A stretch of 64,000 bases of DNA from Octopus sinensis (Eukaryota): assembly GCF_006345805.1 (NCBI RefSeq), contig NW_021833745.1, forward strand, positions 7,618 to 71,617, in the 5' to 3' direction. The notes below the pieces were generated by a model. The model did no database searches. It was not told the origin of the DNA and saw only the letters and a list, made by a program, of their open reading frames with translations. Numbering within the stretch: the stretch's first letter is position 1; the number at the start of each line of letters is the position of its first letter. A program made the translations under genes and the position numbers. Positions 14,887 to 28,070 of the stretch are shown one piece after another.

Positions 14887-15260
14887 ATGGCCCAGTGGTT
14901 AGGGCAGCGGACTCGCGGTCATAGGATCGCGGTTTCGATTCCTAGACCGGGCGTTGTGAGTGTTTATTGAGCGAAAACACCTAAAAGCTCCACGAGGCTC
15001 CGGTAGGGGATGGTGGTGATCCCTGCTGTACTCTTTCACCACAACTTTCTCTCACTCTTACTTCCTGTTTCTGTTGCACCTGTATTTCAAAGGGCCGGCC
15101 TTGTCACTCTCTTTGTGACGCTGAATATCCCCGAGAACTACATTAAGGGTACACGTGTCTGTGGAGTGCTCAGTCACTTACACGTTAATTTCACGAGCAG
15201 GCTGTTCCTTTGATTTGGATCAACCGGAACCCTGGTCGTCGTAACCGACGGAGTGCTTCC
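14887..15260 (+). mobile_element. tRNA-derived SINE, group C
   Basis: A box tggcccagtggttagg, B box ggtttcgattcc, 3' end cgtcgtaaccgacggagtgcttcc. Near-identical copies at 18774, 27714 and 58341. Confidence 0.92.
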
Positions 15261-17394
15261 ATATATTGAAAGAGAGACAGCAGTAGGTGGAAGTTAAATC
15301 AAATAAAAGATAGTTAAGACGACAGAGGAAAATTATAGCTAGAAAATATACAGAGAATCTTCATACATTTCCTGAAGAGTGGGTCCTCAATACTGCAGTA
15401 GTCCTACCGGGCGATAGCGGTCGGGCTGCTGTATGAACTTTCCAACATATGAAATAATTTCCGAGGTCACTTGTTTTGATGTTAAGCCAAATGTAAAATG
15501 TTTATGGTCGATATACATAGACCAGAAGAAATAAAAACACTACGCTCACGTATTTATTGATGTAATTTGAAGCAACATGTTAAATCAACTAGCTATTTCT
15601 TACAAGATGGACGAGCTGGTTAACTGCTTTGAACAGCAAGAGGTTAGATATACATTTTGTAACTAATGTTTGATTAACTAAGTAGTGCTAGATTAATAAA
15701 AAAATATAAGTCATCTTAGATTAAGAAACTTCTCTCGAATAACTGAATTAGAGAAACAGAGATATACTTTTCTTGGCTGTTGCTATCACACGAATTTGAG
15801 CATGAATATAATAGATATAATCGAAGGATAACATCATAAATATCATTATCAATAACAGAAAGGCTGCCCGGGTAGCTACATTCGGTCATGTACCTTATTA
15901 GAAATAATAGCCAAATTCCTTCAAACTACAATCTACAGATTGAAAAAATGTCTGTCTGTGTCAAACAAACAACCAAGGTGGACATGGCTGAAATAGTTTT
16001 AATTATATATCAGCCACACTATGATTGATGGATCAGCCTGCAGCAGAATCAAGAACAAAAATTACTTATGCCAACACCAACGGTAATATCAACAACATCT
16101 ACATCTTGACGAGTAACAACATCACGAATGAAAGCAAAATCGTAAACAACAAAAATAATAGACCCGAGAACAGCAAGAATAACAATAGCAATAATAACTA
16201 GAAGACTTTAAAGAGAAACGATACATAGAGCAATATTTAAAGAAATATTTATGGAAAATGTTACTTTGTTTTCGGCAAAAATAACAGACGATGTGAGAAA
16301 CCCTATCCAAGCAGAATTGATGAGAAAAAAAAGAAGGAAAACGAACGAAAACCCATCGAGTTGACAATGATTGAAGACATTAGAAGAGTTTATTTACAAT
16401 GTAACAAACCAGCTTTCTCTCAAATATATTTCTTGTTTATATTTCATTTTCGTGACCATCAAAGCAATATCTTGGGAATATAAAGAAAATAAATAGTTTT
16501 ACACGTATCTGCAAATAATAAAATAGAAAAAAAAAGAAAGAAAAGGAGTAGAACAGAAATGTAACGAAAATAAAAGGAAATATCTGCAAACTAGGAGAAA
16601 CGGAAACATGGATATGAAGGAAAATAGGAAACAATAAAATTACCAATCTACAACAGATTATTGGATATGTTTGGATAGTTAAAGCGTAAGAAGATAAACA
16701 GCTTCAGCCACCACACCATGTAAGAACGTGATATAAAAGTGACAAAAACTTGTGTTCAGAAACAACAAATTGAGATCACTTCACTACAAGTTATTAACTC
16801 TCTGGCAATATATATTAAAATGTACATCAAAAACACTCGAGGAAAATAATACGAGGATGTGCGCGATCCAAAGGAACAATTTTAACAACTAGGAAATCTG
16901 GATATTATTGAAGTAGCTGATTAGAAAAATGGATATGGATATATGAATCATGTATAAAATTTATTAGAAGGATCGATATGCATCAAGGAGATGAGGTTTA
17001 AGCACGTAGTCAGGGCTTCATCGAGTGATGAGAGTAAGGAAGGAAAAGCAGGATCATTGGCGACAGCCACCTCCAGATAAGGAGGTAGAGTAGAGTGAAT
17101 TCTACAGACGTAATGGAAGAATGGGTATGCTAAATCGGGTGACAGATTAATTTTCCGAATAAGGACAACGGGACATCTCTCGTTTCTAGGAAGATGTCTG
17201 AATGTAAGGTCAAAAGATTTTCTCTAGCCACACTGAACTAATTAGAGTTCGCATAATCACAATTTATGTCGACATGTCCGCTTATGACTTGTTCTAACAT
17301 AGTAGAACAATTAATAGAGAAACAACACACACACTCACACACGGGCGCCCACATACATACACGTACGCCCAAATACCCACACATGCATATATAC

Positions 17395-17436
<42 letters not shown>

Positions 17437-17439
17437 ATA

Positions 17440-17509
<70 letters not shown>

Positions 17510-17720
17510 CACTGATATCTATATAAATACTAGCATACTAGCTCGTTAACATAATCTCCATACGCACACACACAACACACAGATAGAGAGAGGGAGACAA
17601 AGATAGAAGAAGAGAGGAAATGAAGTAGAGTAAGAGACAGACAGAGGAAGAGAAAGAGAGAAAAAGATAGAGGGAGAGAGAAAGAAAGAGAGAAAGAGAA
17701 AGAGAGAGAGAATTCACTGT

Positions 17721-17919
17721 CAGAAAATGGAATTCATGAAATTCTTATTCAAATCCACCGGAAAGACTTCCACTCATTCCGCACCAGTGGCCCACAAAGG
17801 AGATATATATTCAATTGTTTTGCCTCACAGGCGCAGACTCCGTCTCAACACGTAAGTTTTTAAACAAGTACCTCATTCTAGTGGATTTGAATACAGAATG
17901 GAATGGATTCTATTTTCTG
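17721..17919 (+). promoter_or_regulatory. Predicted intronic RNA stem (~43 bp) enclosing a candidate microexon
   Basis: 17721-17763 pairs with 17876-17919 (attcttattcaaatccac / gtggatttgaatacagaat core). Three non-Watson-Crick positions are G-U pairs only on the + strand. Confidence 0.55.
17831..17851 (+). CDS. Candidate 21-nt frame-preserving microexon
   Basis: ttgttttgcctcacAG|gcgcagactccgtctcaacac|GTAAGT; no stop in any frame; lies in non-repetitive sequence. Confidence 0.45.
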
Positions 17920-18104
17920 TCCCTATTCCATTTATATAAGCTGAAGTGACACACGCGACTTCTGGACGTAGAGCTTCAAGCATATGCATCGCGTCTGCTT
18001 TTGATACAAAGTAGCCACAAACAGGACGAGCTTTACACAGCTCCCTACAAGGTTTCTACCTATATATAATTTAACTACTATATATATATATATATTATAT
18101 ATAA

Positions 18105-18139
<35 letters not shown>

Positions 18140-18236
18140 GGTCCCGGTTGAGTCGGGGTTTACCACAGTAAAAAGGCACTCAATACATAGCAGAGTAAAG
18201 TAATTTATTTTATAGAAGGAGCTTCTACAGGACTAG

Positions 18237-18286
<50 letters not shown>

Positions 18287-18773
18287 TAAGTAGATAGATA
18301 GATAGATAGATAGATGATAGATAGATAGATAGATAGATAGATTGATAGATAGATAGATATCTAGATATATTGCGCCTCTCTATCTTTAAGTCTCATTCTG
18401 ACTTTCTCTGATACCTATGTAGATTTTAATTTGCACTATTAAGAGAGTAATTGAAAAAGAATAAGAGAAGAAAAGAAAATCATTCGCATTTAATTTCTAA
18501 AGGTTTTAAAGGAACAGAGACCAAAGGGGTTCATACTTTATTGAGGAGAGGAGCTGAAATAAGACCGAAATAACGTTATCTGCAACATCTAGGTATCTCA
18601 AAAAATGGAATTACATGGGAATACGACTTCATATTTCTTCTCTCTGATAAGAAAGCCTTTTTGTAATTATAATAAAGCAAAAAAAAAGGAAAAAAAAGAC
18701 AAAAAATATTATAAAACCGTAGCAGTTTTCTCCCCTTAAATGTTAACTGCAGCACACCCTACTTGTTCTGATG

Positions 18774-19154
18774 TGGAGGGGCAATGGCCCAGTTGTTAGG
18801 GCAGCGGACTCGCAGTCATAGGATGCGGTTTCGATTCCCAGACCGGGCGTTGTGAGTGTTTATTGAGCGAAAACACCTAAAGCTCCACTAGGCTCCGGTA
18901 GGGATGGTGGTGATCCCTGCTGTACTCTTTCACCACAGCTTTCTCTCAATCTTACTTCCTGTTTCTGTTGTACCTGTATTTCAAAGGGCCGGCCTTGTCA
19001 GTCTTTGTGTCACGCTGAATATCCCCGAGAACTACGTTAAGGGTACACGTGTCTGTGGAGTGCTCAGCCACTTACACGTTAATTTCACGAGCAGGCTGTT
19101 CTGTTGATCGGATCAACCGGAACCCTCATCGTCGTAACCGACGGAGTGCTTCCA
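18774..19154 (+). mobile_element. SINE group C, full length
   Basis: Colinear with 14887-15260. Confidence 0.92.
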
Positions 19155-19790
19155 TACTTTTTCTGAGTAAACCCACTTCATCTCTCACCGTTTCTCAGAG
19201 AACTGTTGTAAGCGAAAGCACTACTAGTTGCCACTAGAAATTTCTCATATATAGATATTGTAAAATGTATACTCATCTCTTTCAATAGACATTTATATCT
19301 TTTATATCTGGGACGAATTCATACACCTTCAGCAATTGTATATTTGTATGCGCCAGGAGAAAATTCTGAAAAGATGAATGAATATAAATAATGCATGCGT
19401 CGCACTAATTTCTTCTTTTGATGGGTTATTTTCGACACACCGAAAATTTTGTTTCTACAGAGCGTAATACAAATCTGTAATACAAGAAATATATTTTAGG
19501 AAAGCCTTTCAAATAGTAAATGAAACACAAACGCTGTCGCATTTGGTCTGTAAAAGGACTATAAATTGGACTTTAGTGCTGTAGAATTGTCTTACTAGAT
19601 CTACATCTTTTGTAGCTGAATTGTAGTAATTCACATTCATAGAATCATGCCTTCGTACATACCTATCTATCTACCTATTCCCCTCACTCTCGCTCTCTCT
19701 CTCTCTCTCTCTTTATCTCTCCCTCTCTGTATATATATATATGTATATATATATATATTTGTTTGTTCTTTTTTCTTTGTTTGAAATCAC

Positions 19791-19894
<104 letters not shown>

Positions 19895-20217
19895 TATATA
19901 TATATACATATTATATATATATATATATATATAATATATATATATATAATATATATATATATTGATAGAAATGGTAACACAAGAAAAGAATGAAAGAGAT
20001 CTCGATATCATGTAAATAGAAGAATTTATCTGTAAATGCTATGAATTTTCATAGCATTTTTCCGATGGCCGGAAACTGAAGAGAAGGCGGCGTGGATTTC
20101 CACCCCAACATCCGAAACCCAGAGTTTTATCATGGCTACCGAATAATTGTCACATTTATTTATACATACATATATAATATATATATATATATAAATTATA
20201 CATATATATATATATAT

Positions 20218-20260
<43 letters not shown>

Positions 20261-20526
20261 TATTATATTATATATATATATATATATTATATATATATAT
20301 ATATAATTATGTGAAATAGAAAGATGAATAATCTTGTAGTAGATTAATCAAAAGTTTAACCGATACCTTAGTAGCAAAAATCACAGCAGTAAACAGCACG
20401 GTTGGAGGTACAACCATATGGTGTTGCAACCGTGCGTTGGCGAAACCCATGGGCTCTTAGGAGCCTAGTTCGATTTGTTTTTGCTCCGCCTCTGTTCTGT
20501 TTTTGTTTTTTCCAACGGATTTCCTA

Positions 20527-20616
20527 TTTTCTTCCTGAAGAGAAAGACACAATATGGTCCCATTATTCAATTGGATTTTGGTAATTGTGCCTTTCGAAAA
20601 CACGTGTAGAATGAAA
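20527..20616 (+). ncRNA. Type I hammerhead ribozyme-like motif (one extra A in the core)
   Basis: Stem I ttttcttc/gaatgaaa; core CUGAAGA at 20535-20541; 12-bp stem II gaaagacacaat/attgtgcctttc (one mismatch); GAAA plus an extra A; palindromic stem III acacgtgt; putative cleavage triplet GUA. Confidence 0.6.
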
Positions 20617-20739
20617 TAAAACGATTTCTGTTCAATCTGCGTTCAGCTCCATTTCTTCAATTCACCAATAATATATATATATATAATAATATATATATAT
20701 ATATACACACGTACATATGTGTGTGTATATAGGATATAC

Positions 20740-20820
<81 letters not shown>

Positions 20821-22069
20821 GGTGTAAATGTGTGTCAACTTGATATTCTCCACCCTACCTATCTTAAACTATATCCTCAAAGCGACACAGACACATGTTT
20901 TAAGAAGAGGGCGGAGACGAAATCAGCAGAAGAGACCACAGCTCTATAGCTTTCATTCCAAGAAGACTTTATCGATCGTTAATTAGCAGAATATATAAAA
21001 GTATTCACTTGTACAAAGTAATATTGGCATAACATTATCACCAATTTCTCTTCATCTAATCGATAGCTAATAGACGAATGAATAAAATAACGTAAAATTG
21101 TAATATTAATAATTCAGTCTTTGTTTTATATTGGGATACTTTTTTAATATTATTTTGAAGTTATATATTTTTTGTTTTTTATTATTCATCTCTGATAAAT
21201 AAAAAAAAATCGAAAATCGTAGAAAGCATGAAAAACAGAAGTAGGGAAAATCTTAATGAAATAGAAGCAATGCAGAAATTAATTCCAAAATGCAAATTAT
21301 TTTGTCAAAAATACTTTTAAAAAACGTATAGTTTAGTTAATTAAATATCTTTCTCTATGTACATAAATCTACTTACATATAAATACTTGTAGAAAAAAAC
21401 AATGAAAAATATTTAAAAAATGGTATCAATAACGAAAAAAAACCGACAAGAATTATATCTGGACGATAGGATATGAGTAATAATTAATGCCTCGTTAATA
21501 ATATGACGTGGCTTTCTTTTAGATGTTTTATACTTCATTAATTTTTAATGAATACATGAAATCTGTAATATGATCCTACATTAAGTCAATACATTCTTGC
21601 AATATCGACAATTTACGTTGATAGCTTATTAAGGAAAGCGACTTAATTAATTTGAATGATGTTTTATTTGTGAAATTATTTGACTTTAAGCGAACTCTGT
21701 TTTGCTTTCCAACAATTTTAAATAGAATGTATTTTAGGGTATATTTCAGGTATACATTTCTCGGTTACCGCCAATAAGTTCCACAAGCATCCATTTCTAT
21801 ATTGTGAATAAACTACATTTTTTTTAGCTGTGTAATCGTATACCACCTTAAATACCTGGCGGTTGTCAATTGATTGTTAGTTTTAGAATGTTTCAGATAG
21901 AACAATCAAGATATACATATTTCTAATCCAGGAGATAATACGACCGAATTGTGTGCAGGAAGACATTTTACCTACCACAACACTAATGGACATATCGTAC
22001 TGCATTGCTCCCATTACTAGAATTACAAAGCATTTTCCTAAGTGCATTACTAACGTGTATATATATATA

Positions 22070-22680
22070 TATATAAAATTAATTAAGGGCAGAAATCAAT
22101 ATTTATCAATTAAAACCAGTGGTTTAGCATATTAAAAAAAGAATCCGAAGATTGAATATTTATATATACCAATTAAAGACTGAACACGAAAAGTGGACAG
22201 TCAACATGCTAGATATAGACGTCAAATCGCCATTCTCCACAAAAGATTATGTTCTCAAATCAAACTCAACACAAACCCAAGCAATAAACAAGTGAAAATA
22301 TACGAAATACAATACTTATCCATGTACTGATTCAGTTTCGGCTATTATTATCCGTAAGGATACCTGTAGCCTTCGTCAGCATGGCCGATATAAATGCAAT
22401 TTGCTGAACTAGATGCAAAAACGATACCGGAGTATCATGTGCGTGGAGTTCAACCTATTACATTCGAATGTATCTTTCAAATGCCTTTACTTTGGCGCGT
22501 TGAGACCCGAAGAAAATAGCCTGCAGCTAATAATTAGCAGCAGTCAATTTATCGGTTAGAGAACATATTTATTTATATAAAATTAATTAAGGGTACAAAT
22601 CAATATTTATCAATTAAAACCAGTGGTCTAGCATATGAAAAAAAGAATCCGAAGATTGAATATTTATATATACCAATTAA
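22070..22680 (-). mobile_element. Terminally redundant HHR-bearing element (Penelope-like pLTR / retrozyme-like), unit length 504 bp
   Basis: 107-bp direct repeats at 22070-22176 and 22574-22680 (offset 504), (TA)n on both sides, one hammerhead inside. Confidence 0.7.
22320..22384 (-). ncRNA. Type I hammerhead ribozyme, intact core
   Basis: Minus strand: CCAUG-CUGACGA-A-GGCUA(cagg UAUCC uuac GGAUA auaa)UAGCC-GAAA-CUG-aau-CAGU-A-CAUGG. All core nucleotides and three stems are present; GUA cleavage predicted between 22325 and 22324. Confidence 0.88.
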
Positions 22681-22683
22681 TTG

Positions 22684-22736
<53 letters not shown>

Positions 22737-23064
22737 ACTCGCATGCATTATTTTTTTGCAATTCATTTAATCTTCGGTGTATTATTGTCATTTTAATTTT
22801 AATATTTCTATTATATGTAATTTTCTAGATGGTGTAATTTAATTGTTCATTTTGAATTGATAAAAGGTATTATTTTCTAATTTATATATATATATATTAT
22901 ATTTTGTGAAATTTGATTTAGTATTTCTAAACTGAATTTTTCCCTGTAAGTTAGGAAAAATATTCCCTCAAATAATTATCATGTATATATATATTTAAAC
23001 TAAATCTTACTGATAGACTCTTTCTAACCTTGAAATCATCGGTGCCATACCGTACACACTGTTT

Positions 23065-23219
23065 ATAGGCGCAGCAATGGCTGTGTGGTAAGTAGCTTGC
23101 TTCCAACCATATGGTTCCGGGTTCATTCCCACCTTGGGCAAGTGTCTTCTACTATAGCTTCGGGCCGACCAAAGTCTTGTGAGTGGATTAGGTAGATGGA
23201 AACTGAAAAAAGCCCGTCG

Positions 23220-23255
<36 letters not shown>

Positions 23256-23258
23256 GTG

Positions 23259-23291
<33 letters not shown>

Positions 23292-23520
23292 GCGTGTGTG
23301 TGTGTGTGTGTGTGCATGTGAGTCTGTGTATGTGTATGGCCCCCCCAACATCACTTGATAACCGATGCTGGATTGCTTACAACCCCGTAACTTAGCAGTT
23401 CGGCAAAGCGACCGATTAAATATGTACAAGGCCTACAAAGAATAAGTTCTGGGGTGGATTTGCTCGACTAAAGGCGGTGCTCCAGGATGGCAGTCAAATG
23501 ATAGAAACAAGTAAAAGAGT
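23065..23520 (+). mobile_element. SINE group B, full length
   Basis: Head ataggcgcagcaatggctgtgtggtaagtagc, internal (TA)n(TG)n, tail gaaacaagtaaaagagt. Confidence 0.9.
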
Positions 23521-23969
23521 ATTAGTAAAAAAATACACGTTTCTAATATAAGAGTAAGATCAACCTCCAATTACACCGATAAATTATTTCACTGTTTCAT
23601 AAGTTATCATGGTCAAATATAAAGAGTCTTTGTAAAAGAATTTCGTTAAAGAAGATAAGAAATTTAGCAGCGTCGATGTTCAAACTTTTCTGACGTTACC
23701 AGATATACTTTCCTGGTGGAACATTGTTGACGGTTTAGGCTTTGCTCTTGCTGTGGCAATGTTGAGGTTCTTTGTCCTGCACTGAGATATAGCAGAAGCT
23801 GAAGTATGATCAGTTGTCCAGTGGAAGTTTGATTCATGCCATGAGGCTTAAAAACTAAACGGTCAATTTTATTGCAGCATTCATTTTAAGAAGAAATGGA
23901 AACAATTGGGGAAAATTTGTCTCCACGAATGATCAAACAAGTAGATGCTCCCTTATTGTTCCCAAATGA

Positions 23970-24682
23970 AATTAGCAAATATGGTAGATTGTCTTATAGC
24001 AAAACAAAAGATATGACAGTCAGAAGTAATAAATCCATTCTATTTTTGCTACAACGTAGAAAACGGAATAAAATAAACGCTGAAAAGTTTTATCAAAATA
24101 GTTGTTGTGCCAAGGTAGAGATCAGACGTCTTTTGTAGATAAAGCCGATAAATCAGTTAATAATCTTCTTTTTATCTTATCACTATAATCCATTATGTCT
24201 GTATTAGGCAGACAATCCTTTTGCTCTAATACAATATTTTGACTACGTAACTTTAATGGTGACGATGAACATAGAAGGTACGATGAAATAGGTTCGCATT
24301 TGTCGAGTAATTTCGTCCTGTCTATGAATCTATGTTCTAGATTAGGTCATTCCGGTTTCTTTGGGACATTGTCCGACAAATATCCGTTATTATCTGTTTC
24401 GTGTTACAATGTCAATTACTTGTGTCTGTAGTATATTTGGCCAATAATTAGACCTCAGTAATAATTTAGTGCACACGGTTTAAGGATATTTTTACGTTTC
24501 CGAATTAGCAAATATGGTAGATTGTCGTATAGCAAAACAAAAGATATGACAGTCAGAAGTAATAAATCCATTCTATTTCTGCTACAACGTAGAAAACGGA
24601 AGAAAATAAACACTGAAAAATTTTATCAAAATAGTTGTTGTACCAAGGTAGAGATCAGACGTATTTACTTGTGTCTGTAGTA
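23970..24682. repeat. Local 160-bp duplication plus 18-bp flanking direct repeat
   Basis: 23970-24129 vs 24503-24662 (6 substitutions); ttacttgtgtctgtagta at 24416-24433 and 24665-24682. Confidence 0.9.
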
Positions 24683-25284
24683 CACAAGAATAGAGGTACA
24701 CGGCAGTTTCTTCAAGTAAAGGTGAAATGCTTATAGGGAGACGAGTGTAAAGTAATACCTATCTCACAGAACTAACACGGAGATAAACCGTAGTAATACA
24801 TATTATATAACTTTGGACGCTTTCGTTCACAATTACTTTACAAGACTATGAATGAAATTATGTGAATTGCAAAACAACTATTAGGAATAATAATCAAGTC
24901 TCCCACAATTCACAACTTAATGTCTTAAATAGGAAAGTGTTTTTTTTCTCCATTCGAAATATAGAGGATGCGAGACGGAGCACCTGACAGTTCCTCAGAT
25001 GATAGGTGATCTATACAGCTACGAATTGCTACACACCACAGCGACTGTAACAACAACACAACCACTATACTTCGAAAGAATTTGTGAGACAACATGAAAA
25101 AATCAAGGAAGAGATAATGATTGGTTAACACAAGCGCAACTCTTTAATGTTCTCCAAAGATTTACAGAATAGTCACGGATATTTTTGCATTTCAATCGAA
25201 CCGCTGCATACTTAGAACGAATAAAGGTCTTCTAAATTTGGCCAATGTGTTCTCAATTCCCTTTGTCCAATTTCGCCAATATAT

Positions 25285-25513
25285 TTCTTTTCTACCCACA
25301 GGGCGTTAAACACAGAGGAGACAAACAAGGACATACAAACGGATTAAGTCGATTACATCGACCCCAGTGCGTCACTGGTACTTAATTTATCGACCCCAGA
25401 AGGATGAAAGGCAAAGTCGACATCGGCGGGATTTTGAACTCGGAACGTAACGGCAGACGAAATACGGCCACGCATTTCGCCCGGCGTGCTAACGTTTCTG
25501 CCAGCTCGCCGCC
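25285..25513 (-). mobile_element. SINE group A, tail A1
   Basis: Reverse complement of a full A1 SINE. Confidence 0.9.
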
Positions 25514-25848
25514 AATAAGCTCGGAGACTTTCGACGGCTAGAAATATTACTGATTAAGTACGTTGTCATTCGATTTGATATCATGCCTTCAAAAGTTATC
25601 TTTTTAAAACATATTCTTCAATTCGAAAACATTATACCGAATGGTCTGTAAGATATCCTTGCAGTACACCATTGCCACTGTCAAGCTATGACCGAAAATG
25701 ATATATTAGGATGGTGAAACGACGGAGACCAAACCCAAAGTTGCTTAGATAAGTCACGGAAAGTACTAATGTCAAGATTATACATCAGATAACTCTTTTA
25801 TTTTTCTTTATCTTTGCCAACTTCTACAACCTCCACCACCACCAACCC

Positions 25849-25879
<31 letters not shown>

Positions 25880-26432
25880 GAGTGAGAGAGCAGTTCATGT
25901 CATCAAAGTGACACTGGGGTAAAATATACGAAGCCCAATATACACGTCATGACTACCCGTCTGATAAGGGTACACCAGGCACATGCATTACAACCATGTA
26001 TGCGCGACATGGTCATCTCATATCATGATAAACAGCACATGACCATGCGGGTGGGGGCCAGTTAGAATTTTCTTCAGGTTGAGTAGCCCATCCCGCTCAA
26101 ACGGTCCCTGAATAAGGGTTGTTTAAGGATGTTGAAAGAACCATCCATGTTTCCAGAGGTGAATTATTCAAACCCCAAATAATCCCTCTCAACACATGGC
26201 TATGATGCTCCCCCACTACTTTTGCTCGTGATCAGAGATGCACGTACCGTCAGCCACTAAGGGACATGGTCAACTGGTTAAAGTCAAACAACTGACAAGC
26301 AAATCTGTGGTTTTGAGCAGAATATTTGCTGTAGCCCATCTTTTATACAAGACAAAACAATGTACATGATAACACTTCCAATCAGATAAGATCAGAAGCC
26401 ATGAGAGCCACTGCCTGGTACTGCACCAGGGC

Positions 26433-26435
<3 letters not shown>
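25880..26435. mobile_element. Unclassified ~555-bp interspersed repeat (working name E) inserted in (ATT)n
   Basis: (ATT)n on both sides; a diverged second copy at 47222-47521 and fragments near 48045-48137 and 48786-48848. Confidence 0.7.
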
Positions 26436-26514
<79 letters not shown>

Positions 26515-26634
26515 GTCGTTGTTATTGTTTGTGTCGTTGTTATTATTGTTGTTGATATTATTATTATTATTATTATTAGTAGTAGTAGTAGTAGTAGTAG
26601 CAGCAGTAGTAGTGGTAATGGTAGTAGTAGTAGC

Positions 26635-26675
<41 letters not shown>

Positions 26676-26957
26676 CAGTGTTTTTTTAAAATACTAATAC
26701 CAACTTTAAGTCTACGATATTAATACCAACTTATATGCTGTAATGGCTATCGTAGACTGAGCAGCTTCCTGCGACAAGAGGCACACCAACAAAAGCTTTG
26801 ATCTTGCGACTGGTGTTATAATGATGTTGCACCCAGATATGACCGCACATATGTATTCACAGAAATATGCATGCATACATACATACATGCATACATTTAT
26901 TTGTGTGTATATATATATATATATACATTCACACACACACACATTTATATATATATA

Positions 26958-26996
<39 letters not shown>

Positions 26997-27266
26997 TATA
27001 CATATGTATCTATATACATTTATATAAGAATATATACTCACATATTATGTATCTGCCTATCTGCAACTATATCTATCTGTCGACCTATGTATATATGACG
27101 GAACGCACGCATCCCTTTCTAAGTAAGATTGTTCTTGATATATATATATATATAATATATATATATATATAATATATATATATGCATACATATATATATA
27201 TATATATATATATACATACATACATATATACATATATATACACATAACTCTCAAATATATATTTAT

Positions 27267-27327
<61 letters not shown>

Positions 27328-27713
27328 TATAGGGAGAGAGAGAGATAATATGATATGTGTTAGAAGATACGACACGCGAAAGTGATTGAATTATTGAATA
27401 AAAGCACAATGACCCGATTGATGTCTATGGCGGGCTACAAAAGATAGTGGGACGCAGATGGTGACCCTATCGCAGCAACGATTTCAAAAAGGTGCGAGTT
27501 GAACACCTCTTGTCATTTATCGATACTGGAAAATCCATCTATCTGCTGTTGTAGAATAGATGTAACGAACAATTCCTGCAGGCGTTAGGCTGATATAGGA
27601 GATTATGTTTGATCACCAAGTAATTAATTTAGAATTATAGAAGATACTGTGCGCAATACATACAAAATTCTATAAGCAAACAAGTTTCTCACGAAAAAAT
27701 AACGAAACATTGG

Positions 27714-28070
27714 GGAAGCACTCCGTCGGTTACGACGACGATGGTTCCGGTTGATCCCAATCAACGGAACAGCCTGCTCGTGAAATTAACGTGTAAGTGG
27801 CTGAGCACTCCACAGACACGTGTACACTTAACGTAGTTCTCGGGGATATTCAGCGTGACACAGAGAGTGACAAGGCCGGCCCTTTGAAATACAGGTACAA
27901 CAGAAACAGGAAGTAAGAGTGTGAGAAAGTTGTGGTGAAAGAGTACAGCAGGGATCATCACCATCCCCTGCCGGAGTCTCGTGGAGCTCACAACGCCCGA
28001 TCCGGGAATCGAAACCGCGATCCTATGACCGCGAGTCCGCTGCCCTAACCACTGGGCCATTGCGCCTCCA
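27714..28070 (-). mobile_element. SINE group C with a ~26-bp internal deletion
   Basis: Colinear with the other C copies except gtggagct|cacaacgcc, which lacks the ttaggtgttttcgctcaataaac segment. Confidence 0.9.

Noticed and set aside
14887-14960. tRNA-like sequences at the heads of SINE groups A, B and C
   Set aside because: They have A/B boxes but no complete cloverleaf and continue into SINE bodies, so they are not tRNA genes.
20060-20130. CTGAAGA...GAAAC motif resembling a hammerhead
   Set aside because: Stem II and stem I pairing are too poor to support a call; at best an old relic.
24925-25131. Minus ORF with a signal-peptide-like stretch
   Set aside because: No good donor site; the opposite strand is equally open; insufficient evidence.
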